Source: an uncultured Thermodesulfobacterium sp. | GTDB taxonomy: Bacteria > Desulfobacterota > Thermodesulfobacteria > Thermodesulfobacteriales > Thermodesulfobacteriaceae | Direction of reading: 5' to 3' | DNA length: 64,000 bases | NCBI GenBank assembly: GCA_938091335.1 | Contig: CALLJG010000011.1 | Coordinates: 1,245-65,244, forward strand | Shown here: one piece after another, positions 1 to 9,679 of the stretch | How positions within the stretch are numbered: the stretch's first letter is position 1 | Layout: the number at the start of each line of letters is the position of its first letter | Notes under the pieces: generated by a model | What the model was told of the DNA's origin: nothing | Databases searched by the model: none | What the model saw: only the letters and a program-made list of their open reading frames with translations | Made by a program: the position numbers and the translations under genes

Positions 1-1797
1 ACAGCAGAGCCTATTTTTGCAAAAATTTCATCTCCTTATTTTCATTCTTCAGCTATGGATGGTTATGCAGTAAGATCAAGAGATACTTTTAATGCTACAG
101 AAAGAGATCCAGTAAGGTTAAAAGTAGGTGAATCAGCGATTTGGATTGAGACAGGTGATCCGCTTCCAGAAAATTTTGATGCAGTTATTCCTGTAGAGGA
201 AGTAAATGTTAAAGATGAATATATTGAAGTTTATAAAGCTTATCCACCTTATCATGATGTTAGACCAGTTGGAGAAGATATTGTAGCTACAGAACTAATA
301 CTTCCTGAAAATCATTTTATACGAGCAGAAGAAATAGGTGCTATTTTAGCTAGTGGTATTTTAGAAATTAAAGTAAGGAAAAAGCCTATAATAGGGATAA
401 TCCCTATTGGTTCTGAATTAATAGAACCTGAAAAGATAAATGATAATATTTTAAAGCCTCCTTATCTTATTGAATATAATTCTACGGTTTTAAGTAATCT
501 TATAAGGGAAGATGGGGGAGAACCTAAGGTATATCCAATTGTTAAAGACGAAGAAAAAGATATAGAAAATGCTATTTTAAAAGCTTATGAAGAGTGTGAT
601 CTTATACTTCTTAATGCAGGTTCAGGATATGGAAAGGAGGATTTTACTTATAAAGTACTTAACAATTTAGGAAAGGTTATTATAAATGGAGTATCCATAA
701 GGCCTGGCAAGCCTTTTATAGCAAGTTTTATAAAAGATAAACCCGTTTTGGGCATCCCAGGTTATCCTGTTTCAGCATATTTTTGTTATCTTTTTTTTGT
801 TAGACCATTATTGGAGCTTTATTTAGGGGTAAAATTAATCAAAGAAGAAAAGATTAAAGCTATTCTTTCTAGACAAATTTCTTCTCCTATGGGATTAGAT
901 GAGTTTGTAAGAGTAAAAGTAGGAAAGGTAGGAGAAAAATATATTGTATCTCCTTTGGGAAGGGGTGCAGGACTTTTTATGTCAGTAGTGAGAGCAGATG
1001 GATATATTAAAATTCCAATTGGTTCAGAAGGTTATTCCCAAGGACAAATAGTTGAAGTATTTTTATGGAAAAAGAAAGAAGAAATTGATAATACTATCGT
1101 TTGTATAGGTAGTCATGATAATACTCTGGATGTTTTATATAACTATTTGAGAAAAAAATATCCTCATATTAATTTATCTTCTGCACATGTAGGTTCTATG
1201 GGTGGTCTTATAGCTATTAAAAAAGGAGAGGCTCATATAGGAGGAACCCATCTTTTAGATATGGAAACTGGAGAATATAATGTTCCTTTTATAAAAAGGC
1301 TTTTGCCTGAAAAAAAAGTAATATTAATAAATTTAGTCTACAGAATCCAGGGTTTAATGGTAAAAAAGGGAAATCCTAAAAATATCAAAGGATTTGAAGA
1401 CCTTATAAGAGAAGATGTGATTTTTATAAATAGACAAGCTGGCTCAGGAACAAGATTACTCCTTGAGAAAAATTTAAAAGAATTGAGAATAAATTCTTCT
1501 GAGATAAAAGGATATGAAAATGAAGAGTATACACATATGGGAATTGCTCAAGCAGTAGCAAGTGGGAGAGCTGATGTAGGACTGGGTATTTTGGCTGCAG
1601 CTAAAGCACTTAATCTTGATTTTATTCCTGTAACTGAAGAAAGATATGATATTCTTATAGCTAAAGAATTTATAGATTTAGAAATGATTCAAGCTCTTTT
1701 AGATATTATAAAAAATGATGAAGAATTTAAAAAAGCTGTTTTAGATTTAGGAGGATACGAAATAAGAGATATGGGAAAAGTAATTTATGAGAATTAA
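1..1797 (+). CDS. moeA: Molybdopterin molybdenumtransferase MoeA fused to a C-terminal periplasmic-binding-protein-like domain; 5' end cut by the window edge
   Basis: The frame is open from nt 1 (TAEPIFAKISSPYFHSSAMDGYAV). SAMDGYAV is the conserved MoeA N-terminal signature. A MoCF-type domain follows (IIPIGSEL...LLNAGSGYGKEDF), then about 230 aa resembling a type-2 PBP fold (GSHDNTLD...NRQAGSGTR). Confidence 0.85.
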   Translation, partial: TAEPIFAKISSPYFHSSAMDGYAVRSRDTFNATERDPVRLKVGESAIWIETGDPLPENFDAVIPVEEVNVKDEYIEVYKAYPPYHDVRPVGEDIVATELILPENHFIRAEEIGAILASGILEIKVRKKPIIGIIPIGSELIEPEKINDNILKPPYLIEYNSTVLSNLIREDGGEPKVYPIVKDEEKDIENAILKAYEECDLILLNAGSGYGKEDFTYKVLNNLGKVIINGVSIRPGKPFIASFIKDKPVLGIPGYPVSAYFCYLFFVRPLLELYLGVKLIKEEKIKAILSRQISSPMGLDEFVRVKVGKVGEKYIVSPLGRGAGLFMSVVRADGYIKIPIGSEGYSQGQIVEVFLWKKKEEIDNTIVCIGSHDNTLDVLYNYLRKKYPHINLSSAHVGSMGGLIAIKKGEAHIGGTHLLDMETGEYNVPFIKRLLPEKKVILINLVYRIQGLMVKKGNPKNIKGFEDLIREDVIFINRQAGSGTRLLLEKNLKELRINSSEIKGYENEEYTHMGIAQAVASGRADVGLGILAAAKALNLDFIPVTEERYDILIAKEFIDLEMIQALLDIIKNDEEFKKAVLDLGGYEIRDMGKVIYEN

Positions 1798-1839
1798 ACT
1801 TATTATATAAAAAAAACCTTTTAAAAGAGGTGAATTTAG

Positions 1840-2289
1840 GTGAGTAATAATATTGAGGAATTATTTTTAGAGGCGGCAAGGGTTTTTACTTTAAAACAAT
1901 TTGATTTAGCTTTAGAGCTTTTTAATAAAATATTAGAAATAGAACCAACTCATATTAAGTCTTTAGAAGCAAGAGCAGTTTTATATATACAAAAAGGAGA
2001 AATAGAGGCTGCTAAAATGGATTTAGAAAAAGCTATAAGTTTAGAGCCAGAAAATCCAAGGCTTTATTATCGTTTGGGACAAGTTTATTATCGTGAAAAA
2101 AATCTTGACAAGGCTTTAGAATTATTTACCAAAGCTATTGATCTTGATCCTACTTATCCAGCAGCTTATATGGCAAGAAGTCAGGTTTTAAGAGACAAAG
2201 GAATGGAAGAGGCAGCAGATTTAGAACTTGATAAAGCAGTAGCAGTTCAAAGAGAAATTGCTAAAGCAAGAAGAATAGTGGATTTTTAA
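1840..2289 (+). CDS. TPR-repeat protein (GTG start)
   Basis: Several 34-aa TPR-like repeats (ALELFNKILEIEP, AKMDLEKAISLEPENP, ALELFTKAIDLDPTYP). An AGAGGTG Shine-Dalgarno-like sequence lies upstream. Confidence 0.75.
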   Translation: MSNNIEELFLEAARVFTLKQFDLALELFNKILEIEPTHIKSLEARAVLYIQKGEIEAAKMDLEKAISLEPENPRLYYRLGQVYYREKNLDKALELFTKAIDLDPTYPAAYMARSQVLRDKGMEEAADLELDKAVAVQREIAKARRIVDF

Positions 2290-2293
2290 ATGG

Positions 2294-3370
2294 TTAAAGA
2301 GTGATAGTCCAGTTAAAGGTGTCCTCTTTTTCTCCATATTGAATGCTTGTAATATATTCAAAAAGTAATTTAGTTATTTTTCCTATTTTCCCGTGGTTAA
2401 TTAAGTAAGACCTATTTTTATAATAGATTTCTCCTACAGGAGAGATAACAGCTGCTGTTCCTGTTCCAAAACATTCTTTTAAAATATTTTTCTTTATAGC
2501 ATCAATTACTTCATCTATAGAAATTTTTCTTTCTTTCACGGTAATACCTAAGGTAGGAGCTAATTTTAGAACTGAATTTCTGGTAATACCAGGTAAAATT
2601 GAACCAGTAAGTTCAGGGGTTAAGAGTTCATTATCAAAATAGAAAAAAATGTTCATACTTCCTACTTCTTCTACATATTTTTTTTCTTTCGCATCAAGCC
2701 AAAGAACTTGAGTATATCCTTTTTTTTGGGCAATTTCTTGAGCTTTAAGACTTGCTGCATAATTTCCTCCTGTTTTTATATTTCCAGTTCCTCCTGGGCA
2801 AGCTCTTATATATTCATCTGTGACATAAATTTTAACTGGATTAAAACCTTCTTTATAATAGGCACCAACTGGAGAAAGTATTATAATAAATAAATATTCA
2901 TCACTTACTTTAAGTCCTAAATTTGGTTGAGTAGCAAAGATTACAGGTCTTATATAAAGAGCTGCTCCTTTTTTCTTAGGTATCCAATCTTTATCTATTG
3001 AAATAAGTATTTTAATAGCATTGAAAACAAGTTCAGGATCTACTTTAGGAATACATACTCTTTCCGCAGAATGATTTAATCTAGCAATGTGGTCCCATGG
3101 TCTAAAAAGTCTTATTTTCCCATCAACTCCATAATAGGCTTTCATTCCTTCAAAAACAGTTTGGGCATAATGTAAAACAATAGCTGCTGGATGAAGTTCA
3201 ATATTTGAAAAAGGTTTAATTTGAGGTGAATGCCACCCCCTTTTTATATCATATTTCATCATAAACATATGAGGGGTAAAAATTTTCCCAAAAGGAAGAT
3301 CTTCAAGATCAAAAGTTTTTCTTTTTTCTGGTTCAGCTAAATTGATCTCTATTTCCATAAGCTCCTCCAT
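2294..3370 (-). CDS. ilvE: Branched-chain amino acid aminotransferase (class IV PLP enzyme)
   Basis: 358 aa with full-length similarity to long-form BCATs (FEGMKAY, IRPVIFAT, NIKTGGNYAASL, GTGTAAVISPV). Confidence 0.9.
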   Translation of the reverse strand: MEELMEIEINLAEPEKRKTFDLEDLPFGKIFTPHMFMMKYDIKRGWHSPQIKPFSNIELHPAAIVLHYAQTVFEGMKAYYGVDGKIRLFRPWDHIARLNHSAERVCIPKVDPELVFNAIKILISIDKDWIPKKKGAALYIRPVIFATQPNLGLKVSDEYLFIIILSPVGAYYKEGFNPVKIYVTDEYIRACPGGTGNIKTGGNYAASLKAQEIAQKKGYTQVLWLDAKEKKYVEEVGSMNIFFYFDNELLTPELTGSILPGITRNSVLKLAPTLGITVKERKISIDEVIDAIKKNILKECFGTGTAAVISPVGEIYYKNRSYLINHGKIGKITKLLFEYITSIQYGEKEDTFNWTITL

Positions 3371-3423
3371 ATAAAAATTATTCTTAAAATTCTAAAAATG
3401 AAAAAATATCCTTTATAAAATTT

Positions 3424-4059
3424 TTGACAAGAGTAAAATGTATTTTTAAATTAAAATTTATGCCACTAAAATTTAATCAGAGTAAAGTTTCTTTGAGACT
3501 TTTAAAAGAAAAAACCACTTCTATAATATTAGGAGAAATATTGCATTATCTTTTTGAAATTTTGTTAACTTACGAAAAGCATATTTTTTTTCTTTCTCCA
3601 GATTCAAAGGAATTTAAAGAAAAAATAGTCTCTTACATTAATAAAGCTCTTGCTTTTTATCCAGAACCACTTCCTGAAAGGAAAATGCTATTTGAAAAAG
3701 CCTTTGAAATAATAGAGAAAATATTTAAAAGTAAAGAATTTGAAGAATTTAAAAAGTTAATAGATAAAGAAAAAATAGAGATTTATAGAGAACCTGAAGT
3801 ATTTTTAGAAGAAGAAAAGAATTTTCAGGTTTTGAGACCTGACATAATTATAAAAGCTTCTAAAGAATGGATAATTCTGGAATTTAAGCTTCATACTCCT
3901 GTTGAGGAGCAAATAGAAAAGTATATAGATTTTTTGAAGAAAATAACTTTTGGTGATAAAATAAAGATATATTTAATTTTTTTTGAGCCTTTTAAAATGG
4001 AGTTAAAATTTGATTCTTCTCATCCCGCCCAGCTCAATCTTTTTAAAAACCTTAGCTAA
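3424..4059 (+). CDS. Stand-alone RecB/AddA-type PD-(D/E)XK nuclease domain protein; start uncertain (TTG 3424 or ATG 3460)
   Basis: Motifs in the expected order for the RecB nuclease fold: LGEILHYLFE (GxxxH..E), YREPEVF, LRPDIIIK (catalytic D) and IILEFKLH (ExK). No helicase domain is present. Confidence 0.5.
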   Translation: MTRVKCIFKLKFMPLKFNQSKVSLRLLKEKTTSIILGEILHYLFEILLTYEKHIFFLSPDSKEFKEKIVSYINKALAFYPEPLPERKMLFEKAFEIIEKIFKSKEFEEFKKLIDKEKIEIYREPEVFLEEEKNFQVLRPDIIIKASKEWIILEFKLHTPVEEQIEKYIDFLKKITFGDKIKIYLIFFEPFKMELKFDSSHPAQLNLFKNLS

Positions 4060-6937
4060 TTATTTTTTAAGTATTTATTCTCTAAATAATGAAAATATTT
4101 TAAAGGTTTGGTGTATTTTTCCTACCAAAAGAGCAGGTCTTTATTTTAAATATTATCTTAAAAAGAAAGCAAGCTCTAAAAAATTTAATTTTGGTTTTTT
4201 ACCAAAAATCCTTTCTTTTGAAGAATTTGTAGATTATCTTTATTTACTTTTAACAGAGAATCCTTTTTCTCAAGTTTCTGAAGTTCTAAGAGTTTTTATT
4301 TTTTTAGAGATTTTAGAAAAGGTTTTGGAAGAAAAAGAAGATCTTGAAAGACACTTTCATTGGGGATTAAAGTTTTTGGAGGTATTTGAGGAATTTGAAA
4401 AAGAAGGAAAAATTCCAGAAAATCTTTTATATCCCCCAGAAGGTTTACCTGAAATAGCCCAAAAATTTTTTGAAACACTAAAAACCACTTATCTTAATTT
4501 TTCCTCATTAATTGAAAAGAAAAATTTTTCCTATTATACCTTAAGACTTAAAAAAATAGCAGAAATTTTAAAAGAAAAAGTTCCAATAAACACTCTTTCT
4601 CAAGAAATAAAAGAAATATGGTTTATAGGATTTGCAGGATTGAGAAAAACAGAAACAGAAATTTTTAAATTTTTTAAAAAATATTTTACTTCCTATTTTA
4701 TTTTTGAAGCTGACCTTGATATACCCTCAGTTATTAAAGAAACCTTAAAAAGCCTTAATTTAGAATATAGATGGATAGAAGAAAAATATTATGAAAAGAG
4801 ACATTTTAAAGAACCAGAAATTTATTTTTATGAAACTTCAGACCCACACTTACAGGTAAAGTCTGCTGTTGAACTTCTTGAGAAAAAAATTGAAAATCCT
4901 GATGAAATAGTTATAGTAGTTCCTAATTCATTAAATCTTTTGCCTTTACTCTATGCTTTGGAAGACAAAGAAAATTCTTTTGAGATAAATATTACTCTTC
5001 AATATCCTATTAACAAAATTCCTTTAAATCAGCTTTTAAGAAATGTTATAAGAGCTCAAAAAGAAAGAGAAGGAGAATACTATCCTATACAGAGTTATCT
5101 TAAAATTTTGAAACATCCCTATCTATCTAATATTAAATTAGATGAGTGGGTCTCCTTTTCAAAAACAATAACGGAAATAGAAAAAGAATTGAGAAAAAAA
5201 GGATATGTAAAAATTTTGCTTTCAGAAGTAGAAGAGCTCTTTCCAGATAAAAAAGAATTTTTATCAAAGGTTCATCATGTATTTTTTAAAAATTGGGAAA
5301 ATATAAATAATTCTTATAAAATGTGTTTAAATCTTAAAAAGATTTTGGAATTTTTTGAGCCATTTTTTGAAAAATCTAAAGATGAAGATTCTTGGCATTC
5401 TATTCTTTTAAGAAATTATCTTCATATTCTTGAAAAAAAAGTTTTTCCAGTATTAGAAGATGATTTTTTAAAAGATAAGAAGTTTTCACAAACCTTTTTA
5501 TTGGAACTTCTTGAACAAATTTTAAGGGAAGAAAATATTCATTTTATAGGAGATCCCTTGAAAGGACTTCAAATTATGGGATTTTTAGAAACAAGGCTTT
5601 TGTCTTTTAAAAAAGTAATTATTTTAGATGTAAATGAAGGTTATTTACCAGCATCTCCATCTTTTAATCCGCTTCTTACAGAGGAAATAAAAAATTATTT
5701 AGGTATTCCTATATTTAAAAATGAACTTTGGTTTTATTATTTTGATAGGCTCATTAAAAGTGCTGAGGAAGTGCATCTTTTCTATCTTTTTGTTGAGAAA
5801 GGTAAAACTCAAGAATTTAGAGAACCTTCAAGATTTATTCAGAAGCTAAAATGGGATATAGAAAAAAAAGATCAAAAACCAAAAGAAAAATTACTACATT
5901 TAAAACTTGAAATTTTTTCAGAAAAAGAAGGCATACCAAAAAGTGAAAAAGATAGAGAAAGAATTTTAAATCTTATAAAGACTTCAGAAATAAGTAGATA
6001 CTTTTTAGAAACTTATCTTAGATGTGGAGTTCAATTTTATTTTAAATATCTTTTAAAACTTAAAGAAGTTGATAAATTTGGATTAAAACCTGTAGAAGTA
6101 GGAAATTTTATTCATGAATTTTTTGAAAGAATTTTTAAAGAATTTGAAGGAAAGGAAATACTTATTAATGAAATTTATGATGAAAAAAGGATACTTAAAA
6201 GGCTTGATCTTTTATGGGAAAGTTATCAATTTGAAAGAAAAATGGATGCTCTTTCTCATTTTCTCTCCAAAAAGCTTGCAATAGAAAGTATAAGGAGATA
6301 TTTTAACTATTTAATAGAAAAGGAAAAAAGGGGAGAAATTAAATCAAATAAAATTTTAGGAGTTGAAAGAGAACTGATTTATTTTACCAATTGGAATGGT
6401 TTAAAAATTTTATTAAAAGGAAGAGCTGACTTTTTAATAAAAAGAGTGGGTAATTTTACTCAATATTTTATTCTTGACTATAAAAGCAATCCTGATTCCT
6501 CTCCCCATCCTAATAAGGCAAAAGCATTATTAAACCTTAATTTGCCAAAAAGTTATGACCAAAACTCCATTTATGAAGTTACTAAAATGTTGGGAAACGA
6601 TCTTTACAGCTTTCAACCACTTTTTTATTATTATCTTTTCTATCAACAAAAAGAAAAGTTTATAACTGAACAAAATGGAGAATTTTTTATTATAAATGCA
6701 GGCTTTATAACTCCTTCAGATTTTAAAAAACCTGAAAAATTTCTTTTTAATGTATCTAAGATAGGAGAATGGAATTTAATTTATAAATTTTTTAAAACCG
6801 ATTTTTTTAAGTTAATTGAATGGATTTTAAATCACATTATAATAAGTGATAAGTTTTACTTTTCTTCTAATGATGAAGTTTGTAAATATTGTGTATATAA
6901 GGATCTTTGTAAAAATTATAAATATCTAATAGATTAG
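4010..6937 (+). CDS. AddB-like PD-(D/E)XK nuclease family protein with a Cas4/AddB-type Fe-S cluster nuclease domain (TTG start)
   Basis: 975 aa. The C-terminal domain has LRCGVQFYF (first Cys), GNFIHEFFE, GRADFLIK, ILDYKSN (D-x-K) and a terminal CKYCVYKDLC (CxxCx5C). The N-terminal region is helicase-like, but I found no canonical Walker A (it reads FPTKRAGLYF). Confidence 0.7.
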   Translation: MILLIPPSSIFLKTLANYFLSIYSLNNENILKVWCIFPTKRAGLYFKYYLKKKASSKKFNFGFLPKILSFEEFVDYLYLLLTENPFSQVSEVLRVFIFLEILEKVLEEKEDLERHFHWGLKFLEVFEEFEKEGKIPENLLYPPEGLPEIAQKFFETLKTTYLNFSSLIEKKNFSYYTLRLKKIAEILKEKVPINTLSQEIKEIWFIGFAGLRKTETEIFKFFKKYFTSYFIFEADLDIPSVIKETLKSLNLEYRWIEEKYYEKRHFKEPEIYFYETSDPHLQVKSAVELLEKKIENPDEIVIVVPNSLNLLPLLYALEDKENSFEINITLQYPINKIPLNQLLRNVIRAQKEREGEYYPIQSYLKILKHPYLSNIKLDEWVSFSKTITEIEKELRKKGYVKILLSEVEELFPDKKEFLSKVHHVFFKNWENINNSYKMCLNLKKILEFFEPFFEKSKDEDSWHSILLRNYLHILEKKVFPVLEDDFLKDKKFSQTFLLELLEQILREENIHFIGDPLKGLQIMGFLETRLLSFKKVIILDVNEGYLPASPSFNPLLTEEIKNYLGIPIFKNELWFYYFDRLIKSAEEVHLFYLFVEKGKTQEFREPSRFIQKLKWDIEKKDQKPKEKLLHLKLEIFSEKEGIPKSEKDRERILNLIKTSEISRYFLETYLRCGVQFYFKYLLKLKEVDKFGLKPVEVGNFIHEFFERIFKEFEGKEILINEIYDEKRILKRLDLLWESYQFERKMDALSHFLSKKLAIESIRRYFNYLIEKEKRGEIKSNKILGVERELIYFTNWNGLKILLKGRADFLIKRVGNFTQYFILDYKSNPDSSPHPNKAKALLNLNLPKSYDQNSIYEVTKMLGNDLYSFQPLFYYYLFYQQKEKFITEQNGEFFIINAGFITPSDFKKPEKFLFNVSKIGEWNLIYKFFKTDFFKLIEWILNHIIISDKFYFSSNDEVCKYCVYKDLCKNYKYLID

Positions 6938-6938
6938 T

Positions 6939-8015
6939 ATGCAAAACTTAATTTTAGGTGAATTTTTAAATAAAAACAGTTTTTACCAAAAGATCACCGA
7001 AAAAGTTTTTAACTCTATACCTCTTAATTTTGAAGAGGCTTTAAGACTTTATAAAGAAGGAGATTTGTTTTTTCTTGGAGAACTTGCAAGAACTTTAAAA
7101 GAAAAAATACATGGGAAAAAGTATTATTATACTATTAACAGGCACATCAATTATACTAATGTTTGTATTATAAATTGTAAGTTTTGTGGCTATCATAAAA
7201 GACCTCAGGAAGAAGGTGGTTACACTCTGCAAATAGAAGAAATTTTGGAAAAGTTAAAAGCTACTCCAGAATTAAAAGAAGTTCATATTGTAGGTGGTAT
7301 AAATCCTGCTCTTTCTTATGAGTATTATATCGAATTAATTAAAACAATAAGAGGTCTTTTCCCCAATATTCATATAAGAGCTTATACTTGTGTGGAAATA
7401 GATTGGATAAGCAAGATTTCTAGAAAATCAGTGGAAGAGGTGTTAACCGAATTAAAATCAGCAGGACTTAATAGTCTTCCTGGTGGAGGAGCAGAAGTTT
7501 TTTCAGAAAGAGTAAGAAATGAACTTTATCCAGCAAAAATTTCTTCAGAAAGATGGATTGAAATAGCAAAAACTGCCCATAAACTTGGTATTTTTACTAA
7601 TGCTACCTTACTTTTTGGGCATATAGAGAAAGATGAAGAAATAATAGAGCATTTGTTTAAATTAAGGGAAATTCAAGAAAAAACAAAAGGTTTTTACTGT
7701 TTTATTCCTCTTCCTTTTATTCCTAAAAATAATCAACTTTCTTATCTTGGGCCCCCAGCTTCTCATAAAATTTTAAAAATTTTTGCTATTTCTCGCATTA
7801 TTTTAAATAATTTTTTTCATATAAAAGCTTATTGGGTATTTTTAGGTAAAGGGCTTGCACAATTAGCTCTTCTTTTTGGAGCAGATCATTTTCATGGAAC
7901 AGTAATTGAAGAAAAAATCAGTGAAGCTATGAAAGGAAAACCAATAACTAAACTTCCACCTCAAGAAATAGAAAAATTAATCCATGAAATAGGTGGAGAA
8001 CCCGTTTTACTATGA
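6939..8015 (+). CDS. Radical SAM enzyme of the MqnC/MqnE (futalosine-pathway menaquinone, CofH-like) family
   Basis: NYTNVCIINCKFCGYH contains a CxxxCxxC cluster. Also GGINP, LPGGGAEVF and the length of 358 aa fit. I cannot separate MqnC from MqnE by eye. Confidence 0.75.
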   Translation: MQNLILGEFLNKNSFYQKITEKVFNSIPLNFEEALRLYKEGDLFFLGELARTLKEKIHGKKYYYTINRHINYTNVCIINCKFCGYHKRPQEEGGYTLQIEEILEKLKATPELKEVHIVGGINPALSYEYYIELIKTIRGLFPNIHIRAYTCVEIDWISKISRKSVEEVLTELKSAGLNSLPGGGAEVFSERVRNELYPAKISSERWIEIAKTAHKLGIFTNATLLFGHIEKDEEIIEHLFKLREIQEKTKGFYCFIPLPFIPKNNQLSYLGPPASHKILKIFAISRIILNNFFHIKAYWVFLGKGLAQLALLFGADHFHGTVIEEKISEAMKGKPITKLPPQEIEKLIHEIGGEPVLL

Positions 8016-8016
8016 T

Positions 8017-8910
8017 ATGAAAAACCATCCCTTATCTATCTTAATTCCTACCTATAATAGAAGATCTTTGTTAGAAGAAAACCTAAATTCTATTTTTGAA
8101 CAAAAGCTCTCTAAGGAGGTGGAAATTGTAGTAATAGATGATGGCTCTGAAGATAACACTTGGGAGTATTTATGTTCTTTAAGAGAAAAACATTCAAATC
8201 TAAAAATATATAGACATAATGAAAATTTAGGGGTAAGTGCAGCAAGAAATTCTGCTCTATCTTTTGCTACCAGTCCCTATATAATGTTTCTGGATTCAGA
8301 TGATTATTTAACTGACAAGGCATTAGAAAAAATTTTTAATAAAATAGAGGAAAAAAGAGAAGTTTATATAATTACCCCTTTTGTAGAAAAAAAAGGAAGG
8401 ATAAAGAAGAAAAAATTTCCAGATCCTCCTCCTGACCCATTTCTTAGGTTAAAGTATTATATTGATGGAATTTATGCGGATGGAGTTTATGTTTGTCAAA
8501 GAAAAATTTTTGATAATTTCAAATTTAATATAAGGCTTAGAGTAAGAGAAGATTGGGTATTTAATGGTAAGATATTTTCTCTCTTTAGGCCGGAGCTTAT
8601 AAAAGATCCTTTAGTAGTTAAACGGGATCATCCACAAAGGTTAAGATATCTTCCACACTTTTATGAAGAGTGTGCGCTTCTCTCTGTAGAGGAACTTTTT
8701 CAAAGTTTACCTAATTTTTTTCAGATGCTTTACCCTTATGCAAAAGCTAAAGCTTATCTTGAGCTTGCAACTAAATATATAAAAATCAAAAATTATAAAA
8801 AGGCTTATCTAAATTTACAAAAAGCAAAGGAGATCTATCCTCCAATTAGAAAAGATTATAAATTTTTCAAGAAATGGCTTAAAAGTTTTATTTTTTCAAA
8901 GTTTTCTTAA
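8017..8910 (+). CDS. Family 2 glycosyltransferase
   Basis: LSILIPTYNR, VIDDGSEDNT and FLDSDD (DxD) motifs. I prefer ATG 8017 to 7993 because the first 8 codons of the tracked ORF overlap the upstream gene. Confidence 0.8.
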   Translation: MKNHPLSILIPTYNRRSLLEENLNSIFEQKLSKEVEIVVIDDGSEDNTWEYLCSLREKHSNLKIYRHNENLGVSAARNSALSFATSPYIMFLDSDDYLTDKALEKIFNKIEEKREVYIITPFVEKKGRIKKKKFPDPPPDPFLRLKYYIDGIYADGVYVCQRKIFDNFKFNIRLRVREDWVFNGKIFSLFRPELIKDPLVVKRDHPQRLRYLPHFYEECALLSVEELFQSLPNFFQMLYPYAKAKAYLELATKYIKIKNYKKAYLNLQKAKEIYPPIRKDYKFFKKWLKSFIFSKFS

Positions 8911-8923
8911 ATTTTTTTAAATT

Positions 8924-9679
8924 ATGAAAGTATTTAACTTTATAGAGATTGAGCCTAAATTATATGTGGAAAAGAGATACTTAAAACTTTTTAAAGAGAG
9001 TAGCTTTCTTTCTAAAATTTCTTCCTGGGATAATTTGGGAAATTTTTATGAAGTAACCTTTTCTCATAAAAAGGCTTATAGAGAAATAAAGGCACTTAGG
9101 ATAGCAGATTTGGAGATTTATTTAAAAAAATACTCAAAAAATCTTTCAGAGGCACGAAAGGAGTGGGAAAATATAAATTTACTCTGGGATAAGGGCTTTC
9201 CTACTTCCTTACCAATTTTATTTTATCAAACTCACTCCTTTGCTATCATAGGGACGGCAAAACTCCGAGGAAGATCCTTTGTTGATTTACTACCTAAAGA
9301 GAATCTTATTGTTTATAATCTCATAAAAAAAATAGCTAAATTCTTAGCTGATTTTCATAAAGAAAATTTAATTCACCAAGATTGTTACTTAAATCACTTC
9401 TATTTTGGGGAAGAACTTGATCAACTTTATATTATAGATGTCTCAAGAGTGAAATATAAACCTTTTCTTTTTTGTTATTATCAAATAAAGGATTTAAGCC
9501 AACTTAGATTTTCTTTTTATAAATATTTAGGAAAGGATTGGCTCAATTTGTGGGAACTTTTTTTAAAAACTTATGAAAAGGAGTTAGGAAAATCTTTAAA
9601 TTTTTTTAAGAAAAATTTACTTTTAATTAAGTTTAAAAGAATAGAGAAACATACAAAGAAATTAGAAAAAATTAGTTAG
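8924..9679 (+). CDS. Lipopolysaccharide kinase (Kdo/WaaP) family protein
   Basis: Kinase-like catalytic loop IHQDCYLNHF and a DVS (DFG-like) motif. The length and LPS-cluster context also fit. Confidence 0.65.
   Translation: MKVFNFIEIEPKLYVEKRYLKLFKESSFLSKISSWDNLGNFYEVTFSHKKAYREIKALRIADLEIYLKKYSKNLSEARKEWENINLLWDKGFPTSLPILFYQTHSFAIIGTAKLRGRSFVDLLPKENLIVYNLIKKIAKFLADFHKENLIHQDCYLNHFYFGEELDQLYIIDVSRVKYKPFLFCYYQIKDLSQLRFSFYKYLGKDWLNLWELFLKTYEKELGKSLNFFKKNLLLIKFKRIEKHTKKLEKIS

Noticed and set aside
3424-6937. The idea that the 211-aa and 975-aa ORFs are a single frameshifted gene
   Set aside because: The domain order would be wrong, with a RecB nuclease domain ahead of the AddB-like N-terminus. 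The 975-aa ORF also has a family-typical N-terminus starting at 4010.
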